A DNA stretch of 64,000 nucleotides from Patescibacteria group bacterium (GCA_041650895.1 JBAZKF010000001.1:701181-765180); one strand, 5' to 3'; positions 1 through 10,722 are shown, counted from the first letter of the stretch. Made by a program: numbers and translations. Notes: generated from the letters alone by a model not told the origin.

Positions 1-29
1 TGTAAAAGGTGGTATCAAGACCGCGACAA

Positions 30-60
<31 letters not shown>

Positions 61-892
61 TAAAGATAGCGTAATAGCTCACTGGTCAAGTTTTCTTGCG
101 CCGAAAATGTATCGGGGCTAAACATAGTACCGAAATTGCGAATTCTATATTTATATAGAGTGGTAGAGGAGTGTTCTTAGCGGAACGAAGCCGTAGCTGT
201 GAGGCGCGGTGGACTGCTAGGAAGTAAGAATGTTGGCATAAGTAGCAAGAATCTAGATGAAAATTCTAGACACCGTAAATCCGAGGTTTCCTGGGCAACG
301 AGAATCGACCCAGGGTTAGCCGGTCCTAAGACGAGGCCGAAAGGCGTAGCCGATGGACGAGCAGGTTAATATTCCTGCGCTGGCTTGATTTTCCGAAGGA
401 GTGACGCATCAGGGGAGATATATCGTCCTATGGCTATGACGATGACGTTAGTAGTTGTGATCGGTAGGCAAATCCGCCGATCATTAAGCAACGAATACGC
501 CAGCAGAGGAAGCCGCAAGGCGGACTCAATTATATTAAACCGAGTGCCATGAAAAACTTCTAGGGCTAAGATCAAGGCAACCGTACTTAAACCGACACAG
601 GTGGATGAGGCGAGTAGCCTCAGGTGTATGAGAGAAACTTCGCTAAGGAACTCGGCAAAAAATCGGCCGTAACTTAGGGATAAGGCCTCCCCAAATTTAT
701 TTGGGGCGCAGCTAAAGATGTCAAGCGACTGTTTACCAAAAACTTAGGTCCCTGCTAAAGCGCAAGCTGATGTATAGGGGCTGATGCCTGGCCAGTGTCT
801 GAACGTTAAGAGGAGAGGTCAACCGGTTTACCGGGGCAGCTTTGAATTGAAGCGCAGATGAACGCCGGCCGTAACTATAACGGTCCTAAGGT

Positions 893-1583
893 TTTGCATC
901 GGAAGCATTCGGATGCAAAAGGACTGGGACCGTTATCTATTAACGCTACCTCTTCTTATAGTAATATAAGAATGGTCCAAAAATACTTAGCCATATGCTG
1001 GGAAAATCGGCAAAACTATGGTAAAATTATACCATAGAAAATAACTTAATTTATGCCGATTAATCAGCAGGAAAGGCTAAAATTCGAGCATTGGATAGTT
1101 GGTTTTACTGATGGCGAAGGCTGTTTTTCAGTCAGCATCATCAAGAATCACACTACCAAGTCAGGATGGCAGATTTTTCCTGAATTTGTGATTACACAGG
1201 GAGAAAGAAGTCTTAAGGCGCTGGAAAAAATTAAAAAATTTTTTCGGTGCGGTAAGATTTATATCAACCGTCGGAAAGATAATCATCAAGAGAATCTTTA
1301 TCGTTATTGTGTAAGATCAGTCAGTGACTTATCTGAAATTATAATTCCATTTTTCTCCGCTCACCGGTTGCAAACAGCCAAAGCGGATGATTTCAAAAAG
1401 TTTATCAAGATAATAAAATTGATAAAACAAGGAAAGCATCTCAAAGAGAATGGAAAGATACAAATCGCCAGGATCATTGAACAAATGAACCGTCGAACGC
1501 CAGCTCGATTTTTAGAATCCCCAGAGACCAAACGCTAAGCATCCCATCGGGATGAAGATAGAGTCCTAAGAAAGGAAACTTAG
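893..1583 (+). mobile_element. Group I intron in 23S rRNA (inserted after ...CCTAAGGU, E. coli ~1917 region), carrying a homing endonuclease ORF
   Basis: Exon sequence CGGTCCTAAGGT is broken at 892 and resumes with AGCGAAATTCC at 1584. The upstream exon ends in U and the intron ends in G (omegaG). The 691-nt insert contains a LAGLIDADG ORF. Confidence 0.75.
1053..1538 (+). CDS. LAGLIDADG-family homing endonuclease (intron-encoded)
   Basis: Motif WIVGFTDGEGCFSV near the N-terminus (LAGLIDADG-type helix), a basic 161-aa protein lying inside the rRNA intron. Confidence 0.8.
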   Translation: MPINQQERLKFEHWIVGFTDGEGCFSVSIIKNHTTKSGWQIFPEFVITQGERSLKALEKIKKFFRCGKIYINRRKDNHQENLYRYCVRSVSDLSEIIIPFFSAHRLQTAKADDFKKFIKIIKLIKQGKHLKENGKIQIARIIEQMNRRTPARFLESPETKR

Positions 1584-2122
1584 AGCGAAATTCCTTGACG
1601 GGTAAGTTCCGTCCCGCACGAATGGCATAACGACTTGACAACTGTCTCAGCGAAGTACTCAGCGAAATTGCAAGGGAGGTGAAGATGCCTCCTACCCGTG
1701 GTTAGACGAAAAGACCCCGTGAAGCTTTACTACAACTTTGCACTGAATTGTGATCTAATATGTTTAGAATAGGTGGGAGCCTTCGGGCGCCAGTGAAATA
1801 CCACCCTTATTATATTATAATTCTAACTTCCTCCCGTAATCCGGGAGAGGGACAGTGTATGGTGGGTAGTTTAACTGGGGCGGTTGCCTCCCAAAATGTA
1901 ACGGAGGCGTTTACAAAGGTTGGCTAGCTCCGGATGGAAATCGGAGTGATAGCGCAAAAGCACAAGCCAGCTTTACTGCGAGACCTGCAAGTCGAGCAGT
2001 TACGAAAGTAGAATTTAGTGATCCGACCATTCAATGTAGGATGGTGGAAGCTCATCGGATAAAAGCTACTCCGGGGATAACAGGCTAGTCTGGTCCAAGA
2101 GTCCATATCGACGACCAGGTTC

Positions 2123-2155
<33 letters not shown>

Positions 2156-2189
2156 GTGGAGAAGCTCCCAAGGGTTTGGCTGTTCGCCA

Positions 2190-2241
<52 letters not shown>

Positions 2242-2641
2242 CTATCTACCATGGGCGCAGAAATTTGAGAAGGCCACTTCCTAGTACGAGAGGACCGGAA
2301 GTGACGAACCTCTAGTGTACCAGCTGTTCTGCCAAGGGCATCGCTGGGTAGCTACGTTCGGTTAAGATAAACGCTGAAAGCATCTAAGCGTGAAGCTGTC
2401 TTCAAGATTAGATTTCATTAAACCCCTTCGAGACGAGGAGGTTGATAGGTCGCAGGTGTAAGCGCAGTAATGCGTTCAGCCGAGCGATACTAATGGTTTA
2501 GTTTAATCGCAAGAATGGATAACACCCCGCTAACCGGTTTCCGGTTTGTCGGGACATGCGATTCGCTGTCACACCCATGAGTTTTGCGGCACAAGCCGCA
2601 ACGATTCATAAACATTTCTTTACTGATTTAGCTATAGAATT

Positions 2642-2747
2642 TCCGTGGCTCTAGCGGGGGTGATACACCTGATCCCATCCCGAACTCAGCAGTTAAGACC
2701 TCCAGCGCCGATGATACTCCTTGTGGGGAAAGTAGGCAGCCGCGGGT
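2642..2747 (+). rRNA. rrf: 5S rRNA
   Basis: CCGTGGC...GATCCCATCCCGAACTCAGCAGTTAAG...GCCGCGG, with paired termini, lying ~125 nt downstream of the 23S 3' end. Confidence 0.85.
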
Positions 2748-2762
2748 ATTGTGTAGCTAAAT

Positions 2763-2797
2763 CGCCGTAACTGTCGAAAACCTCGACAGTTTTTTGT
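2763..2797 (+). terminator. Rho-independent terminator of the rRNA operon
   Basis: Hairpin CTGTCGAAAACCTCGACAG followed by TTTTTTG; a second hairpin AGAGCGAATTTATTCGCTCT lies at 2810-2830. Confidence 0.7.
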
Positions 2798-2897
2798 TGA
2801 ATAAAAAAAGAGCGAATTTATTCGCTCTTGATAAAGTGCTGTTTGGGGTTATGATTTTGTTTCAATTTTACATAATTCTTTTATTGGCCCGATCACC

Positions 2898-3341
2898 TTA
2901 TAAGCCGGTTTTTTTTGGTCCGGGATATTGGCCGCCTTTTTTGAAAGGGTGGTGATTCAGCCAGTAAGGATCTTCGGCTTGTAAAGGATCTTCGGCTCTC
3001 TCTTCAGATCTCTCTAGATCGTCTCTAACCGGTGGTTTACATCCTAATTGATCGGCGATTGAAGCATCCAACTGTTTTTGATGTTCTTTTTTTGCCTCCA
3101 CTATCGCTTGTTTGGCGGATTCGGATATTGCAAAAAACGGGCAGCGGGTGACAGTCAGAGCAATATCAGCTCCTTTGCAAAGTTTGTATAATTTCTTAGC
3201 CACCGGGCAACCTTCCGGTTGGTCGGATTTCAAATCGTCGCAATTCAAACAAAGACATTCCTCTCGTCTAACTGATTCAGTAGTCGGATTGACCCAAACA
3301 TTTTTGTTATAGTGTTGCTCTCTTGCTGGCTGTTCTTTCAT
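2898..3341 (-). CDS. Hypothetical Cys-rich protein (CxCxxC...C...C...C pattern)
   Basis: 147-aa ORF with a GGAG RBS 7 nt upstream; no family recognised. Confidence 0.5.
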   Translation of the reverse strand: MKEQPAREQHYNKNVWVNPTTESVRREECLCLNCDDLKSDQPEGCPVAKKLYKLCKGADIALTVTRCPFFAISESAKQAIVEAKKEHQKQLDASIADQLGCKPPVRDDLERSEERAEDPLQAEDPYWLNHHPFKKGGQYPGPKKTGL

Positions 3342-3403
3342 AAGATTTGGTCTCCGAAGCGCATGTCGCTAGCGCGGTTTTTCTATCTTGTTATTGGATT
3401 AAT

Positions 3404-4033
3404 CTAACCTCTTTCCCATGGTGATTTATTCCGCCTAAATCGCAATCCACCTCGCTGGCGTTCTTCATAGACCCTGGCTGATTTTTGGACTATTCTATAT
3501 CTCTCTACTTCGCAGGCAGTTTCATAATCATTAAATTCTTCAATAGATTTAAAATTACTTTTCATTATAGCAATCGCTTCTTCTATTGTCGGGATAATCA
3601 AGCCATAATGGCCGATGGTTTTTTTGGTGAAATCAGGGTTGACTTCGTCCGGCCAGATCAGAATGACATAATGAACTGGTATGGTTCGTTTGATTTTCAG
3701 GTTAGAAATCGCAAGATCGGCATTCTTAGTTTTGCCGTCTTCGTAACCAATGAATAATCCTTCGCGACCCCTTACAATTCGTTCTTCATGGCAACGATAG
3801 AAATAACCAAGTTCCGGACCAATGCCCGGCATGGGAAATCCCGGCACCAGCGAAACCATCATCAGTGATTGCGCCAGTATAGCATCATTATGCGCTTGGT
3901 AGTCATCGCCTTTGTAGTCTTCCCAGTCATAGATCCTTAAAGCAGGAAAGGCGGCTTTAATTTGTGCTCGATAAGGCATTGGTGCGTGGCGATCCGACGG
4001 ACCACCTAGGAAAATGTCGTATTCAAATGGCAT
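3404..4033 (-). CDS. Nucleoside 2-deoxyribosyltransferase-like / Rossmann-like hypothetical protein
   Basis: N-terminal YDIFLGGP motif resembles the deoxyribosyltransferase-type flavodoxin-like fold; AAAGGAG RBS; weak assignment. Confidence 0.4.
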   Translation of the reverse strand: MPFEYDIFLGGPSDRHAPMPYRAQIKAAFPALRIYDWEDYKGDDYQAHNDAILAQSLMMVSLVPGFPMPGIGPELGYFYRCHEERIVRGREGLFIGYEDGKTKNADLAISNLKIKRTIPVHYVILIWPDEVNPDFTKKTIGHYGLIIPTIEEAIAIMKSNFKSIEEFNDYETACEVERYRIVQKSARVYEERQRGGLRFRRNKSPWERG

Positions 4034-4110
4034 GGCTTATTCTCCTTTGAGTCTTTCTTTATTACAATTTTATTACAGTGATTAGATTGTTGCAGAATTT
4101 TATGTAATTT

Positions 4111-4362
4111 TTAAGCATACCTGTTTATCTCATCTTCTTCCTCTTCTTCGGCAGTGGGCCCGCCACATTCAGTAACCGGCCCTTCGCATATAACACAGCC
4201 GCCGCCGTCATCAATGGGGATGCAATAATTTTCTGGTCGACAGCCGGCGCAGAGACAGAATTGGCCATAATATTCAGGATGCAGACTACTATCACAAGTA
4301 AACCATTCCATTATTAATTCGTCGGGAGTTTTCTTTTTCTTTTTATTTTTTCTTGGGCTCAT
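4111..4362 (-). CDS. Small Cys-rich acidic hypothetical protein
   Basis: 83-aa ORF with a strong GGAGGT RBS, eight Cys and a poly-Glu tail. Confidence 0.5.
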   Translation of the reverse strand: MSPRKNKKKKKTPDELIMEWFTCDSSLHPEYYGQFCLCAGCRPENYCIPIDDGGGCVICEGPVTECGGPTAEEEEEDEINRYA

Positions 4363-4475
4363 CTATTACCTCCTTCCCAAGGTTTGTCAAGGTTCAGTCC
4401 TTGAATAGTAAAGGTTTAATCGGTTTTTGTCAATCTTGATTGTTTAGTTGATTTATGTTAATATAACCGCAGATC

Positions 4476-4547
4476 GCAGGTATCATATAACGGTTATTAT
4501 CCCAGTTTTCCAAACTGGTGACAGGAGTTCGACTCTCCTTACCTGCT
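4476..4547 (+). tRNA. tRNA-Gly (anticodon UCC)
   Basis: Acceptor GCAGGTA/TACCTGC, anticodon arm CCAGT-TTTCCAA-ACTGG, T-arm AGGAG-TTCGACT-CTCCT; 72 nt; followed by terminator AAAACCGCCCTTGGGGCGGTTTTTATT (4548-4581). Confidence 0.7.
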
Positions 4548-4637
4548 TGATTTAAAACCGCCCTTGGGGCGGTTTTTATTGTCTTTTGATTTATTCCCCC
4601 TTGACTGATAAGTATTTTTAGCCTAAATTGAAACTAT

Positions 4638-4907
4638 ATGGAAATAATCATCTCCTCGGCAATTTATGTCTTTTATGTCTTACTGATCATCGCGGCGGTA
4701 ATCTTTTTTTGGGGTAACCAATTGTTTGGTTTGGTTATGTTCTCCCTGTTGTTTTTGAGCGCTTGCACCTTGATTTATTATTTGAGTCGCAATATTGACG
4801 GTGAACCCGCCATTTATATGAGGAAATTAATGATTTTTTCTTTTCTTGCGGGTTTGGCCGTAATGTTATATAATTTGGCCAAGCTGATATCATCTAATTA
4901 TTTATAA
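4638..4907 (+). CDS. Small integral membrane protein (3 TM)
   Basis: Hydrophobic 89-aa ORF immediately upstream of the GerMN gene. Confidence 0.5.
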   Translation: MEIIISSAIYVFYVLLIIAAVIFFWGNQLFGLVMFSLLFLSACTLIYYLSRNIDGEPAIYMRKLMIFSFLAGLAVMLYNLAKLISSNYL

Positions 4908-4913
4908 AAATAT

Positions 4914-5870
4914 ATGACTGAAGAGGAAAAAATCCAATCCGCCCTGCCTCTTGACAATCAATCGGATAATCAGGGATCATCAGCTTTGCCGGTTGCCGAT
5001 GTTATTGTTTCAACGGAGGAAGCGGTCTTGCCGGAAGCTAAGGCGGAAGCCGAAGGAGCAGAAGAAGCGATTACTGAAGAGTCAAAAGGACTAACCGAAA
5101 CATTAGAGACAGAAGTATCTTCAGATGCGGAGAGTGGAGCGCCAATAATTGAAACCGAGAATCAGCCGGAATCGCCGGACAGCCCGGAAATGACAGAAGT
5201 GGTAATACCATCAGAACAGGTCAAGAAAGATGAAGAGCCTAAATCGGATCGGCCGCAACCGAAAACCATTATAGCTGCGGTGGTGGCCTTACTTATCGTT
5301 GTCGCAGTCGTTTGGTTGATTGTCAGTAGTATGAATCAGGATAAAACAGTTGACGGAGACGGAACGGTAAAAGTTTCTACAGCGCTGGAAAATGGCAAAG
5401 TTAGCATTATTGAAGAAGTGCCGGATGAAATCCAAGTCAATGTTACTAGCGATGATGTGCCGGTTTGGCCTAAGATAAAAATTATCGCCTATTACGGCAA
5501 CACGGTCAGCAATCCCAATTCCAATGATTGCTCCAAGGTGGAGCCGTTGGAAAGGGAGGTTGATGATAAGTTTGATTCCAATATTGTGAATACGGTTATC
5601 GGCTTATTACAGCCGTTGTCATCCACGGATAAGGCTGCTGGATATTATTCCGCTATCCCCTTGGGAACTCGCTTAAAGTATGTTAAGATTGATGATGATG
5701 GCACGCTGGAAGTGAATTTTGATTCCCAACTTGATAAGGCTGCCGGTTCTTGCGCTGTTACCGCTATTAGAGCGCAAATCACCAATACTTTGATGCAGTT
5801 CGCTCAAATCCAGTCAGTCAGGATCTGTATTGATAGTAATTGTCAGCAAGATCAGATCCTTCAGCCATAA
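4914..5870 (+). CDS. Membrane-anchored GerMN-domain protein with an acidic low-complexity N-terminal region
   Basis: TM segment AAVVALLIVVAVVWLIV; C-terminal block (YYGNT...TVIGLL...KYVKIDDDGTLEVNF...AIRAQITNTLMQF) typical of GerMN/Gmad2-like domains. Confidence 0.55.
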   Translation: MTEEEKIQSALPLDNQSDNQGSSALPVADVIVSTEEAVLPEAKAEAEGAEEAITEESKGLTETLETEVSSDAESGAPIIETENQPESPDSPEMTEVVIPSEQVKKDEEPKSDRPQPKTIIAAVVALLIVVAVVWLIVSSMNQDKTVDGDGTVKVSTALENGKVSIIEEVPDEIQVNVTSDDVPVWPKIKIIAYYGNTVSNPNSNDCSKVEPLEREVDDKFDSNIVNTVIGLLQPLSSTDKAAGYYSAIPLGTRLKYVKIDDDGTLEVNFDSQLDKAAGSCAVTAIRAQITNTLMQFAQIQSVRICIDSNCQQDQILQP

Positions 5871-6025
5871 TAGTAACTTGCTTTCGGCTCCCGCTATCTG
5901 TCGTGCCGGCGGGAGTCGTTTTTTGTTTGGCTTAAAACAGCAGATTATGTTATGATATATGAGTTAAGGGCTAATAAATTTATAAAGCCATAAGAATAAT
6001 TTGCAATTTAATTTATATTTTTTCT

Positions 6026-6919
6026 ATGCTTTGGTTGCCTATTACTATCCTTTCTTACGCCTTAAACGCTGCCGCTTTGGCAACGGATAAATTCTTACTT
6101 AATAAAAAGATTCCTAATCCAGCCGTTTATACTATTATTATTTGTTTTCTGGGTGTTTTGGCGTTAGTGCTTTTGCCGTTTAATTGGATGCCGCCGACTG
6201 GCTCGCAATTAGTTTGGGAGTTAATTTCCGGTTTTTTATTCGGCGCCGGAATTTATTTAATGTTTGTTGCTTTGAATAAGGGCGAGGCCTCGCGCATCAT
6301 TCCCTTTCTGGGCGGTTTGCAACCCTTAATCGTTTTACCCCTGGCCTGGTTGTTTGTCGGCGAGTCTGTTTCCGGCAAATTCTTGTTGGCTTTTATTATT
6401 ATTATTATCGGTACAGTATTAATCTCTTATGGCAAGGGCAAAGCCAACAAAACCGCTTATTACGCTGCTGTTTTTTCTGCCATACTTTTTGCCGTATCGT
6501 TGATTATTGCCAAGTATGCCTATAATTCCCAAGGCAGTTTCATTACGCCGTTTGTTATGACGCGCGTCGGTTCATTGATATTCGCTTTATGCTTGTTTGC
6601 CTGGCCGCGCAATCGCCGTGCTTTTTGGGCTGTGGTGCGTCATCCTCAAGGCCAGACTAGCGGGCTCTTGATTTTCGGGCAAGTTTCCGGCGCTTTAGCT
6701 TCAATTTTGATTAATTTTGCTATTGCCATTTCTGTCGGTGCGACCGCTATCATTAATGCTTTGCAGGGATTACAATATGCTTTCTTATTGCTTATCGTCA
6801 TAGTGGTGCAGAAAATTTGGCCCGGCGTTCTGAAAGAAAGAATGACCAGTAAAATCATGTGGCAGAAAATTATCGCCACGGCTTTTATTATTGCGGGCTT
6901 GGCTGTTTTAGCCCTATAA
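6026..6919 (+). CDS. EamA/DMT-family transporter
   Basis: ~10 predicted TM helices, two EamA-like repeats, 297 aa. Confidence 0.7.
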   Translation: MLWLPITILSYALNAAALATDKFLLNKKIPNPAVYTIIICFLGVLALVLLPFNWMPPTGSQLVWELISGFLFGAGIYLMFVALNKGEASRIIPFLGGLQPLIVLPLAWLFVGESVSGKFLLAFIIIIIGTVLISYGKGKANKTAYYAAVFSAILFAVSLIIAKYAYNSQGSFITPFVMTRVGSLIFALCLFAWPRNRRAFWAVVRHPQGQTSGLLIFGQVSGALASILINFAIAISVGATAIINALQGLQYAFLLLIVIVVQKIWPGVLKERMTSKIMWQKIIATAFIIAGLAVLAL

Positions 6920-6944
6920 AATAATTAGAAGTTTATTAAACATT

Positions 6945-7964
6945 ATGATATTTTTTTTCCGTCGCCATTGGTTTTTACTAATAGTTTTTCTGATTTTTTT
7001 GGCTTTAGTCAGCGCCATAGCCGGCAGTTACTTTTTTGATTTTTCCCGAACACGAATGGAATGGGGCGTCACTTTTTCTTCAGTCTATGCGCAAACCGAA
7101 CTGGGTTTGGATTGGCAAGCGGCTTATTTAGCCATTTTGGATGATTTGCAGGTTGATAACATTCGCTTGTCCGCTTATTGGAATCAGATTGAAGCAGTTA
7201 ACGGCCGTTATGATTTTAAGGATTTGGATTGGCAGATCAATGAAGCGTCTAAGCGCCAAGTGAAAATAGTTCTGGCAGTGGGCCGTCGTCTGCCGCGCTG
7301 GCCTGAATGTCACGACCCTGAGTGGCTCAAGGATTTAAAAGCGATTGACGCTGAGGAAGCCCAACTTAAATTTGTTCAAGCGGTAGTCAACAGATATAAG
7401 GATAATCAGCAGATTAAGTATTTCCAAGTGGAGAATGAGCCGTTTTTGTCCACTTTCGGCATCTGTCCACCGCCCAACAGGTTGTTGTTGAAAGAAGAAG
7501 TCGCTCAAGTAAAGAAGCTTACGGCCAAGCCGATTTTGGTCACTGACAGTGGTGAGCTATCAACTTGGTGGTCTATTTCCCATGTTGGAGGAGAGATTTT
7601 AGGTACAACCTTATATCGCGTGGTCTATAATCCGCAGGTCGGTTATTTTCGTTGGTTTACTCCCCCGGCGTTTTATTGGTTGCGCGTTCAACTGATAAAA
7701 ATATTGACGCCGATTCAAAAGGTCATTGTGGCGGAGTTGCAAGCAGAAAGCTGGCACAAGCCCAACATCAATTTGGCCCAGATGTCTTTGGCCGATCATA
7801 ATCTGTCATTAAGCCTGAATCAGCTGAAAGAAAATATTGCCTTTACTCGTCGTGCCGGTTTTGACGAAGCGTATTTATGGGGCGCGGAATGGTGGTATTA
7901 TATGAAAACAGGAAAGAACTATCCGGAATATTGGAATGAAGCAAAAAAACTTTGGGTCAAATAA
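6945..7964 (+). CDS. Glycoside hydrolase, TIM-barrel (GH5/cellulase-like), membrane-anchored
   Basis: N-terminal TM; catalytic-type motif FQVENEP (NEP acid/base); LAVGRRLPRWPE block. Confidence 0.6.
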   Translation: MIFFFRRHWFLLIVFLIFLALVSAIAGSYFFDFSRTRMEWGVTFSSVYAQTELGLDWQAAYLAILDDLQVDNIRLSAYWNQIEAVNGRYDFKDLDWQINEASKRQVKIVLAVGRRLPRWPECHDPEWLKDLKAIDAEEAQLKFVQAVVNRYKDNQQIKYFQVENEPFLSTFGICPPPNRLLLKEEVAQVKKLTAKPILVTDSGELSTWWSISHVGGEILGTTLYRVVYNPQVGYFRWFTPPAFYWLRVQLIKILTPIQKVIVAELQAESWHKPNINLAQMSLADHNLSLSLNQLKENIAFTRRAGFDEAYLWGAEWWYYMKTGKNYPEYWNEAKKLWVK

Positions 7965-7998
7965 TATTTTTTCAGTTATTAATTCGTAATAGATTATT

Positions 7999-9420
7999 AT
8001 GGGTTTAGCGGCAAAAATCGCTCAGAATACTTTTTGGCAAATCGTCGGCAAATTTGCCGGTACGGTTTTGGGTTTGATTACCATCGCCCTGATGACACGC
8101 TATCTGGGTCGTGAAGGATTCGGCTATTACACCACCATTATTTCTTTTTTGCAGTTTTTCGGCGTCTTGATTGATTTCGGCTTGCAGATGGCCACGGCGC
8201 AGATGCTGTCCCGTCCAGGAGTTAATCAGCATAAAATTTTTGCCAATATCCTGACGGTCCGTCTGCTTTCAGCCATAGTTTTCTTGGGTACGGCATCGGC
8301 TTTAGTTTGGTTTTTGCCCTACCCATTGGCCATTAAACTGGGTGTTGGCGTCGCTTCGTTTTCTTTTTTCTTTATTTCCTTGCAATCGGTTTTGATCGGT
8401 TTATATCAGAAGCAAATGGCTATGGCTGAAGTGGCAATCGCCGAAGTCTGGGGCAGATTCATTCTACTGCTGGGCGTTTGGCTGGCTGTTATGCTGGATT
8501 GGGGTCTTTTGGCTGTTATCGTCGCCGTGTCTTTGGGCAGTCTGGTGAATTTTCTATACTTAGTCATCGGGGCGCGCAAACATCTGATCTTAAAACTGGA
8601 AGTTGATTTTAAGGTTTGGCGGCAAATCTGGGATGTGTCTTGGCCGTTAGCCGTTACCATTTCTTTGACCTTGGTCTACTTTCGCGCTGATACGATTATT
8701 TTGTCTTTGGTTCGCCCGGCCGAGGAAGTCGGTATTTATGGTGCGGCCTACAAGGTGTTGGAGACACTGATTCAATTTCCTTATTTGTTTCTGGGTTTGA
8801 TTTTACCGCTTTTAACCGAGTTTTATTTGACCAGTAAAGTGTTATTTGAAAAGACTCTACAGAAATCTTTTGATTTTATGGCTATTTTAGCCGTACCTAT
8901 GGTTATGGCCACTTGGCTTTTGGCAGAGAAAATTATGGAGTTTGTGGCCGGCGCTGATTTTGTTATTGCCGCCGGGCCATTAAGGATTTTGATTGTGGGA
9001 GCAGCCATGATTTATTTCGGCGCTTTGGCCGGCTACGCTATTGTGGCTTGCGGCTTACAGAAAAAAATGATTTGGTTTTATCTTTTTGACGCTGTCTTTT
9101 CTTTAGCGGCTTATTTGATTTTTATTCCTATTTTTTCCTATTGGGCCGCGGCGATTCTTACTCTGGCGACAGAAACAGTTATTGCTCTGTCTGCTTTTTA
9201 TGTCTTGCGTCGGGAAACCAAGGCTAGGATTAATTTATGGGTTTTGGGTAAATCCCTCTTAGCTTCGTTAGTTATGGGTTTATGCCTTTATCCGCTGTTG
9301 AACCAAAATATTTTGACTTTAGTGATTATCGGCGCAGTTATTTATTTTCTCGCTCTTTATTTGCTTAGAGGTTATGACAAGCGCGAGGTAATGGATATGA
9401 TCAAATTAAAAAAAATATAA
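7999..9420 (+). CDS. Oligosaccharide flippase (Wzx/MOP superfamily) polysaccharide biosynthesis protein
   Basis: 473 aa, ~14 TM, N-terminal KFAGTVLGLITIALMTRYLG typical of PST/Wzx proteins. Confidence 0.7.
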   Translation: MGLAAKIAQNTFWQIVGKFAGTVLGLITIALMTRYLGREGFGYYTTIISFLQFFGVLIDFGLQMATAQMLSRPGVNQHKIFANILTVRLLSAIVFLGTASALVWFLPYPLAIKLGVGVASFSFFFISLQSVLIGLYQKQMAMAEVAIAEVWGRFILLLGVWLAVMLDWGLLAVIVAVSLGSLVNFLYLVIGARKHLILKLEVDFKVWRQIWDVSWPLAVTISLTLVYFRADTIILSLVRPAEEVGIYGAAYKVLETLIQFPYLFLGLILPLLTEFYLTSKVLFEKTLQKSFDFMAILAVPMVMATWLLAEKIMEFVAGADFVIAAGPLRILIVGAAMIYFGALAGYAIVACGLQKKMIWFYLFDAVFSLAAYLIFIPIFSYWAAAILTLATETVIALSAFYVLRRETKARINLWVLGKSLLASLVMGLCLYPLLNQNILTLVIIGAVIYFLALYLLRGYDKREVMDMIKLKKI

Positions 9421-9426
9421 AATTAT

Positions 9427-10722
9427 ATGGTCCCAATGTTTTTTCTCGGCTTAGCCGCTATTCTTTTTTTCTTTTTGGCGTATTATCGTCCGCTTTGGTC
9501 CGCTTACCTGATTATCGCTTTATTGCCGACTTATGTCGTGCGTTTTCAAATCCTGACTATTCCTTTTACTTGGTTGGAAGCGATGGTGCTGATTTTATTC
9601 GTGGTTGTTTTACTGAAAAGGAATTTTAATTGGCAAGTTATCAAGTCTGACCCTCTATTTTACCCAGCCTTGGCTGTTCTGGTTGCCGCTACGGTTGCGG
9701 TTTTTGTTTCACCTTTGCCATTGAAGGCCTTGGGCGCTTGGAAGGCTTATTTTTTGGAGCCGATTTTATTTTATTTTATTTTGATTTCATTGATTACTGT
9801 CCGACGGCAAATAGAAGGAGCGTTCTGGGGCTTGGGTTTGTCAGTGCTTTATATGGGGTTGATTTGTTATGTGCAAAAGTTTATTGGCTGGGGAGTACCC
9901 CAAGCGTTTTTGACTGCCAGTGGCAGTGTTGACCGGGTGGTCGGTACTTATGGTTACCCTAACGCCTTAGGATTGTTTTTTGGGCCGATTATTATTGCTT
10001 TTGTCGGTTTTTTATTTTATCGCAATCAGGATTCATTATTGCTTTACCTGTCCAACCGTCAGCGGCAGTGGCTGAAGTGGCTAGTGATTATCGTTGGTTT
10101 CAGTGTTATCGTTCTGGCGCAATCGGAAGGAGCCATGCTGGCTGTTTTGGTGGTTGGTTTTTTGTTGCTTTTATTCAATCGGCGTTCCCGCGCCTATGCC
10201 TTGATATTTTTGGCCTTTTCCGTTATAATTGTTTTGCTCAACAGCGGCTTACGCGAGTTGATTTGGCAGAAAATATCATTGCAGGATTATTCCGGCTTTA
10301 TCCGCCGGTTGATTTGGGGTGAAACCTGGCAGATGATCAAGGATCATTGGCTTTTTGGCGGCGGCTTGGCCGGTTATCCGGCTTCCATTTTACCTTATCA
10401 TACCCATTGGTTTGAGGTTTTTCCTTATCCACACAACATTCTGCTTAATTTTTGGAGTGAAACAGGGATTTTGGGCATCGGCGCTTTTTTGTGGCTAACG
10501 GGTAAGCTCGTTTATGATAACTTGAAGAATATTTTTTCCATTGTTTGGCGCTATAGCCAAGAATGGCCGTTTGATAAGATCGCCAGCGTGGTTTTTCTGG
10601 CTGTAATTCTGGAAATATTGATTCACGGCTTAGTAGATGTGCCTTATTTTAAAAATGATTTATCCCTGTTAGTTTGGATACTTCTGGCCGTATCAACGTT
10701 GAATATCAGGTATAAGAAATGA
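9427..10722 (+). CDS. O-antigen ligase-like (Wzy_C) polytopic membrane protein
   Basis: 431 aa multi-TM protein with a large periplasmic loop region; adjacent to the flippase. Confidence 0.55.
   Translation: MVPMFFLGLAAILFFFLAYYRPLWSAYLIIALLPTYVVRFQILTIPFTWLEAMVLILFVVVLLKRNFNWQVIKSDPLFYPALAVLVAATVAVFVSPLPLKALGAWKAYFLEPILFYFILISLITVRRQIEGAFWGLGLSVLYMGLICYVQKFIGWGVPQAFLTASGSVDRVVGTYGYPNALGLFFGPIIIAFVGFLFYRNQDSLLLYLSNRQRQWLKWLVIIVGFSVIVLAQSEGAMLAVLVVGFLLLLFNRRSRAYALIFLAFSVIIVLLNSGLRELIWQKISLQDYSGFIRRLIWGETWQMIKDHWLFGGGLAGYPASILPYHTHWFEVFPYPHNILLNFWSETGILGIGAFLWLTGKLVYDNLKNIFSIVWRYSQEWPFDKIASVVFLAVILEILIHGLVDVPYFKNDLSLLVWILLAVSTLNIRYKK

Noticed and set aside
366-575. 69-aa minus-strand ORF
   Set aside because: Lies entirely within 23S rRNA; spurious. 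The same applies to 1924..2190.
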